This document shows, piece by piece, positions 55,487 to 64,000 of a stretch of DNA of 64,000 bases. The notes beneath the pieces are model-generated. The model ran no database searches, was not told where the DNA came from, and saw nothing but the letters and a program-made list of their open reading frames with translations. Numbering within the stretch: the stretch's first letter is position 1; each line of letters begins with the position of its first letter. This DNA is from the human T2T-CHM13v2.0 reference genome, Homo sapiens. Location of the stretch: NCBI RefSeq assembly GCF_009914755.1, contig NC_060937.1; one strand, written 5' to 3'. The position numbers and the translations under genes are program-made.

Positions 55487-55635
55487 CAGGAGTCAAAAGT
55501 TCTAGATTCTCTTTGCACCCTTACCAATTAAATGCCTTGGTCAGTGTCCATAAGCTTCCTAAGCTCTGTTTCCTCAACTGTAATAGAAACAATAAATTAT
55601 AGCTGTTCTACTTCTTTTACAGGATGCTATAACAA
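55487..55635 (+). mobile_element. MIR
   Basis: caggagtcaaaagttctagattct...ctctgtttcctcaactgtaatagaa. Confidence 0.7.
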
Positions 55636-56939
55636 ATAATTTGTTTACAGTAAATATTATATCAATATACACTAGCCTTATTGCAATTGACTATCTCATA
55701 ATAGAAATATTTCTATGGATTATGTTTTCCCCTTAATGTTTGTGAAGTGCTTTGGTCTTCTAAGTGGTAAAATGATCAGTAATGAAATAATCAGAAGTGA
55801 GTACTAAAGTCAAAAATCACTGTTACGACATATTCATTGAGGCTTATCAGAATATCCACCATTTTTCAAGTATTAACATTTGAAAGAAAATGACAGCTTG
55901 TAACATATTTTTTAACTGAAATTAATAAAGAGATATAAGCATCCGAAAACAAAAGCATGTCAAAGCTTCCCTTTTAATGAGCACGAAAGACATATTGCTG
56001 AGGTTAAATACTTTAACAAACTAGCAAAATGAGTTTAGTGTTGACAGAAACTTTTTGTTAAAGATTATTGCTTTTATTCAGATTCAGATGAAATTGTTTG
56101 CTTTAGACAATGAATTTCTTCCTCAGGAGCAATTTCCCTGTAAAGTTATTTTTATCAGTGGCAATTATTATCTAATGTTAGGACAGAATGATAATAGAGG
56201 CACTTCGCTCTAGGTTTTCCTGGAGGGGTTCCCTGGAGCCCAGAATCCTTGTATGTCCAATGAAGTGCTGAGGAAGCCTAAAGAAGAAGGCACCTAAAAG
56301 ACTGACCTCTGCTGGCTGCTCCTCCATTTCTTTTTCCTTATTGTCTCTTCTGCCCCATTTCCCTCCTTCCCCAGTTAACTCCCTAACAGATCACCTCTAG
56401 GTATGAATATTAGCAATGCAATGCATTAGATGCTTAACTCTTTCCAAAGGAGAGCCTCCAGTCTACAGGAATCTTTAATTAATTGAAGAGGGAACAATTT
56501 TAAGAAGACCTCCGGAGCTTTGCCTATTCAAATTTCATTCCTCTCTTCTCATCCCTGACCATGTAGGCCATTCAGTAAGCAAATGGATTTTACCTTGGTT
56601 AGCAGCGCTCATTGACACAGCATCACCCCTACCTTTGCTGTCTACACTCTGGCTTTCACTGCTCAAATTCCAACAAAACCATCATAAAACAAAATACCAC
56701 ATTTATTTGGATAAATATAAACAAAGAAAATATTTAAAGCTGCTAATGGTACACTCCCCAAAAAGAGTCTTCTTTATTTCCTAAATGGGAAAATACATTT
56801 ATATACAGTACATATATATCTGCAATATGTAGTGTATGGTTATCTGCAGATAAACATCACCAAAATAACTTTGCAATATAAGTTGTTCAATTTAAATAAC
56901 AATAGTATTAGTAATTAAGTATGATAGTTCAAAATAGCA

Positions 56940-57108
56940 TGGAAATGTTTACAGTGTTTTTCACAGAATTATTCTATTTTAATGTTGAAAAATTATTCAA
57001 AATTATCTTCTCATTTTGCATGTGAGGACACTGAATGATGAAGTGACTTGCCTGAAGGACTCTGCACACTCAGAACAAGAGCCAAGGTCTCTTCTCTCCT
57101 GGTCCATT
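56940..57108 (-). mobile_element. MIR
   Basis: ctcattttgcatgtgaggacactgaatgatgaagtgacttgcctgaagg. Confidence 0.75.
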
Positions 57109-57949
57109 GTATGTGTCTGTATGTGTTTTACACAACATCACACACCTCTTAGGTTTTTTTATAAGTCTTACTGGAAAATTATTGAAGTGATCAACTCAAC
57201 ACCTACCTGGGGCCACTATAACTCCCTTAAGGATCAAATAAAGATGAATAAGCGAATGAGAGAAACTGACAGCATTCCTGTCCTGCTGACCTCAGATACC
57301 CCAGAGCATAACTAGTGACATCATCTGTCTCTTCACTCCCTAACAGTTCATTGCTTATATTCTTGACGTGAACCTACACCCCCATCAGGTTGTAGCAAAA
57401 TGTTCCCACCATATGATCCCCCTCATGGCTGTGTGTGCTTCGCTGCTTCAGTGCCTGCCCCTCACCCAAATTCTCCTCAAATTCTGACTAAGCCTTGAGG
57501 ATAGGTCATAGAATAAATCTAGGTCTTGGCCTCTATATTTTGGGATTGCCCAAACAAGGCTATCCAGTCTCTCCAAAGAAAAGACAACTTCATTTTCCCA
57601 GCTGTGGCCTCACTGCTATTCTTGTAAATACACAGCTGCTTGAGTTCTTGGGCCGCAGGCTGCCTACACTCCGTGAGTGCTTTCCCTCCGAGGATGGGGA
57701 AGCTGTGCTTGGTGCCTGCATGTTGCTGCTGCACCCAGGAATTGAGATCACTCCTGGGACTTCAGGCTAGGGGTACTCACTGAGCGCAGATAGTAACAGC
57801 ATCCACTGCAGAGAGCTGTTCTGTGAAGAAGTTGGTGCATGAAAAACGCTTCACTCACCACCTGGCACACATGACTGCTCAGTAAATTTATACATTTCTA
57901 ACATAAGATAATGGAGAGGAGTATTTCCAATACAAAGAAAGGACGCTGA

Positions 57950-58600
57950 AGCAACAATCCAAATGTCCTTCAATGGGTGAACATTTTAAAAACATTGGTA
58001 TATTCATACCAGTGAATATTACTCAACAGTAAAAAAGGAATGAATTATTGAAACAACTTCAATGGATTTAAAGCGGATAATGGTGAGCTAAAAAGCCAAG
58101 CATATAATCTTGTATGTCATATGATTCAATTTATATAGTATTACTTAAATTAAAAAATAATAAGGATGGAAACAGATTAGTGTTTGCCAGGGGTTACGTG
58201 AGGGGAGAAAGAGTAAAGTGGCTTTGGTTATAGAAAGACAGCACAAGCGATAGTTGGGATGCAAGTGCTCTGTTATCTCGGGTAACACAAATCTACAGAT
58301 AGCAGAAAATTGCATAAAATTAATGCAGACATTACATGCACTTTAAATCGCATTAAGTTAACGCAGACACACACACCCTTGTATAGATTAATTTAATGCA
58401 ATTTAAGTGCATGTAAAACTGGTAAGATTTGAATACATTCTGTAGATTATGTCAATTTCCCGGTTGTAATATTGTACTACAGTTATGCAAGGTGTTTGTT
58501 ATTTTGTGGGAAAACTAAGTAAAAAGCCCATAGACTAGCTCTCTTATTTCCTACCACTACATGCAACCCTACAATTATCTACAAAAAGTTAAATAAAATA
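57950..58600 (+). mobile_element. L1MC/MD-like 3' end
   Basis: caatccaaatgtccttcaatgggtgaa, aacagattagtgtttgccaggggtta, gtcaatttcccggttgtaatattgtactacagttatgcaag; same 3'UTR type as 41535-42440. Confidence 0.85.
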
Positions 58601-59169
58601 ACAACTACTAAAATAATTTCATGGGGTTCCTATAATTGTCATTCTGCCTTTAGTTTTTTTTCTTATGGAAGATGAAGACCTGGGAACAATGCCCAAATAA
58701 AAATGTATTTGTAGAAATATACTTTAGAGTTATTAAAAATCCTTTTTAAAAAATAAAAGCTTAGAATTTATAGGCAAATAGATTACTTTGTCCAACTATT
58801 TTTTTGCCTCAAAAAGGAAGGAGTAAAATTAGGCATTCATTGACAATTTATTTACAATCTAAAGTATGGTTAGTTAATACTGACTTTTCTGACTTCCAGC
58901 CACCAAATCCAAAAATAACTCATCCTGAGCTCCTGACATCTACAATCTAAGAGTCTAGAATCTTAGATCTTGTGCCTGAGAACTTTACAAACACATACAC
59001 ACGTTTAAAAAGTAGCCACAACTTGGGAGGAAATGGGAGCAGGAAACAGAGAGCTTTTGTTTCTGGATGTCTTTCCTGCCCTTCCCATGTGGCTTACTTA
59101 CAATGGTCAGAAATTTCTTCTTTGGTCCTCACTTCCTCCAAGTTACCAGAGTTTAAGACTGGGTCTTCT

Positions 59170-59480
<311 letters not shown>

Positions 59481-59890
59481 TTACCTGCATAGCAGCAGTC
59501 AGCCTGAAGCAATGTGCCCATGATCCTACGAGTATTCTAGAGGGCCTGGCATTTTCCTTGATGTTGTTTGTGGGGCCAGTGCTATTCCATTGCTGCTGTG
59601 ATATTCTGTGTTCATAAACCTCCACCAATTTATTTACGAAAATAAATCTATCTCATCTAAGACGCTGGCAAAAATTCTTTGTATTATGCCTGCCTCCCAG
59701 AAGTTCTTTATTCAAACAGCCACAGACAGACTTGTACCATGAAGTCCGCAAAGCCCCAACTGCCAACATCACCCTGACAAGAACATATTGTGTACATCAC
59801 AGTTGAAAAACAGGAGAAGCTGTGCAGTTGGTTTAAAAAAAAAAAGTGCTATCAAGTTTCAATTAGTGGAGTTCAAATTGTCTACTAGAA

Positions 59891-60155
59891 CAAGGCTTTT
59901 CAAAATACTTGTGGTAAAGAACCAATTGCACACTGATAAAACTGTAAATTTCAATAAAAATAACTTATTAGAAAAAGAAAAAATCCATGAAGACATAAGA
60001 AAATATAACCCCCAAATTTTATTATTAAATTGACAGACATAGAATTACTTTGTCAAATTGCTATAGAAATTTCTAAACACTGAACTCTCGATTTCAGCAC
60101 TAATTTCAGTACAAGCAGTCCATGAGCCTCGCCTGACCACATTTTGAGAGCACTG
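59891..60155. mobile_element. hAT-Charlie relic (Charlie4-like)
   Basis: caaggcttttcaaaatacttgtggtaaagaacca...gaccacattttgagagcactg; Charlie-like target tactagaa / aactggag. Confidence 0.65.
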
Positions 60156-61721
60156 AACTGGAGGACATGCTCTCATCTGGTCTAGCACAACGCTCTTCAA
60201 CACTCACCTTTAGATGACCCCTTCATGCTTTTTTTTCCTCTGTTGCTGCTCTTGGCAAAGAAAGATTTAGAAAAAGATCTCAAGTCTACGTGGTACTACT
60301 GACATGCATGTTGTCTCACTTGAAAAAAGGGGCAGGGCCATGTTTATCCATCTTGACATTTGACCTTTATTTCTCAGTGGTTAAAAGGATCCTGCAATGT
60401 AGGAATTATCTCAAGGAAATCAAAGTGAACTAAATTGCAGGTAACAGGAACAGACATTAAATCCTGATTTTTTTTTTTTTCAAAATCTGAATGATCTCTA
60501 TACCACTTCTGCTGGCTACTGTAATATTTTAAGAGGTCTACTGTACCTATAAAATTATTTTAGTGTGTGGTTATCTATATTTTCTGCCATAAGGAACTCA
60601 GTATATGTTTTATAGTTCCTTCCATTGCTATTTATTCTAATTATTTATTTGTGCATTTTTTTTCTCCCTCAAAGAGAGGACACTCTTTCTGAAGTCAAAA
60701 ACTTCGCCTATTGGTTTTTCACATCTTTCATAGTATCTAAGCACAGACCATAAATCAACATTCAGTAAATACAGAATAAGTACACTAAGCATCAGTTATC
60801 TTATTGTTAGTTGAAAACTTTGATATGAATAATATAAATTTTTCAAAGAGGAATAAAATGATACTTCAAAGTGAAAGGTATATTTTAAATACAAAATGAC
60901 TACATAATTTCAATTCTCTTTCATGATTGAAAAAGCCTTCTAACATCTTAGAAATCAGTTTTTATTGCCTTAGTCAAAGATATATAACTGAGCAGTTATA
61001 GTTATTTGGTTTTTTCCTTAAATTAGACCATTGCAGCTACTCAGCAAAGCATTTTTGGAGGACTCTGGAGACAAGGCTGAATTTGCTCCTTGGTCAGTAA
61101 GGACCCTTAGTCAATAATAACACTACCCTAGCTGTTAGACTAACCTCAAAAAGCCGCTAATGACCCAAGTTGAATGGTTTTCCAATGTACGCTGCCATCT
61201 TGGACTCACTTCTCAATTGACAGAATCTCTACAGCTGCTTTAAAAGCTTTCTACTTTTTATTTTGCCAAAGCCTCTTTAAACATTGCCTCTGAGCACTGA
61301 AGCTTTTTCAAACAAATCAGACCTTCTAATACCTCTCAAGCAGCTGTGAGGACTTCACGTTTTCACAAAGGGAATAAAAGATGGAGGCTGTAAAGAGTGG
61401 CTTATGGGAGTCTTTGTACTTACAAATAAAATGTCTTAATAAGTTTATTCATGTAAACAAAATAATAAGGAATGATAAAAACGACAAAAACACAATTTAC
61501 TACCTTCACCAGTGTAATTATACCAGTGGATTCTGTCTACTTCTGCAGAGAGGAAAAAAGAAAATGAATAACACTAAGTACTTAAAATCTCACGTGTTAG
61601 AAAATTATACTTATGTTTCCAATAAAGATTCTAGGAACAACTTTAATAGATCTGAGTGATGTATATCATTCCAGAAAGCTTTTCTAGTATTCTAGGCCAA
61701 CTTTAAAGTGTTAAATTGTAG

Positions 61722-62129
<408 letters not shown>

Positions 62130-62592
62130 TAGGTATGTATTTTTAATTGACACATAACAATTGTACATATTTATGGGGTACAGGGTGATATTTTGACACA
62201 TGTATGGAGTGTGTAATGATCAAACCAGGCCAATTAGCATATCTATCACCTCAAACTTTATCTTTTTTTTTGTGCTGGTACCATTCAAAATCCTTTCTTC
62301 TAGTATTTGAAAAAAATGCGATAAACTATTATTTACTACAGTCACCCTACAGAGCTACAGAGCACTAGCATGTATTCCCCCTATCTAGCTGTAGTTTTTA
62401 AACTCTAACCAATCTTTCCCTATTCCCACCTCCCCGCAAACCTTCCCAGCCTCTAGCAACCACTATTTTATTGTCTACTTCTATTAGTCAAATTTAAGTT
62501 TCCACATATGAGATAGAACATGTATTTATCTATCTGTACCTGACTTTTTTCACTTAACATAATGTCCTCCAGGTTCATCTATGTTGCTGTGA

Positions 62593-62917
<325 letters not shown>

Positions 62918-62972
62918 CGGATTTCATTTTTTTTTTTTAAATATGACTGAAGAGTATTTCATTGGGGATATA

Positions 62973-62975
<3 letters not shown>

Positions 62976-63025
<50 letters not shown>
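62976..63025. repeat. (AT)25 perfect microsatellite
   Basis: Counted directly from the sequence. Confidence 0.97.
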
Positions 63026-63028
<3 letters not shown>

Positions 63029-63052
63029 ACATTTTCTTTCTTCTTTCCTTGT

Positions 63053-63215
63053 GTTTGTTTGTTTGTTTGTTTGTTTGTTTTTGGAGAAACAAGATCTCAC
63101 TCTGTTGCCAAGGCTGGAGGGCAGTGGTATGATCACAACTCACTGCAGCCTCAACTCCTGGGCTCAGGCAATCCTCCCTAGTGGCTGGGACTACATGTGC
63201 GAGCCATTGCACCAG
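63053..63215 (-). mobile_element. Alu monomer (FRAM / AluJ right arm) with (GTTT)n tail
   Basis: gatctcactctgttgccaaggctggagggcagtggtatgatcacaactcactgcagcctcaactcctgggctca; single arm only. Confidence 0.85.
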
Positions 63216-64000
63216 TGTATACGTTTTCTATATCCATTCATCTCTTGATGGACACTTAGATTGATTCCGTAACTTGGCTATTGTAAATAGTTCTGCAACA
63301 AACATGGGAGTACAGATATCTCTTCAACATACTCATTTCCTTTTCGTACCACATCTTTATAATACCCTCTTTATTCATAGTCTGGGTCCTGAGGTATTGA
63401 ATTGAACATATATTTCTAAGAAAAGCGCGCTATTTTTGCCAGTATTTAATTGCAAAACTGAGGTATTAATTCCCTCCTTGCAACATAGTTGGGAACAGTT
63501 TCCAATATATTTACATGGTAAACTTAGGTGTTTTTTTTTTTTTTTTTAAAGCATGCGTCTGTATTATGAAAGCAGTACCAGAGTCCCGAAAAGAGACAGG
63601 GATAATCCTTATTGGTACAGAATCCCCATCATGTAATCAATATTAATATGCCTTGGCAATAACGTACCTTTAAATTTGATGTTCTTGATGGGGATGGAAA
63701 ACTCATGACATGACATGTATGTTCTGGGAAAGTAAACATTTGAATTGATAACAAACATAAGAAATTATTTGTAAGACCCAAATGGTGTTTACTGACCGTA
63801 TAATGGCTAGATTTTTCTGCTTATCAGTTCGAGATGTACTGTAGCTCTTCCTAGATATAACTATAACATTATCCTGTTCTATTTCTTATTATATGGAAGT
63901 CAATATCCTAACTGGCTAACTGGCACCCAATGAGGTCTCATGATCATTTATCAAATGAATGAATGAATGGGTGAATAAATGGTTGAATAAAAGTCCAAGT

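Noticed and set aside
61191-61203. YY1-like GCTGCCATCTTGG as a promoter
   Set aside because: A single motif in CpG-poor DNA with no other core-promoter evidence.

Overview
This is eukaryotic, almost certainly human, non-coding DNA. It is AT-rich and CpG-depleted, roughly half interspersed repeats (visual estimate), and carries an AluYa5, a subfamily essentially restricted to humans. I find no protein-coding gene, CpG island, rRNA/tRNA, CRISPR array or prokaryotic feature. The listed ORFs are Alu/L1/LTR/MER remnants or chance ORFs. The window holds about 15 Alus, old and mid-age L1 fragments, L2/MIR relics, hAT DNA-transposon relics, MaLR LTRs and a cluster of five ERV1 solo LTRs at 44.5-54.3 kb. 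I cannot support a new biological system. The most notable observations are: (1) an apparent ancient L1-mediated 3' transduction bounded by a perfect 17-bp target-site duplication (TSD) at 33.9-34.9 kb; (2) a near-consensus AluYa5 that may be polymorphic; (3) a MER41B LTR with both GAS/STAT motifs intact; (4) two Alus inserted successively at one site, leaving a triplicated TSD; (5) a template-switch-like inverted duplication in an L1 3'UTR; (6) candidate minus-strand non-coding exons near 11.5-12.0 kb. Subfamily names come from recalled consensus sequences, not from a RepeatMasker run, and the boundaries of old elements are approximate.
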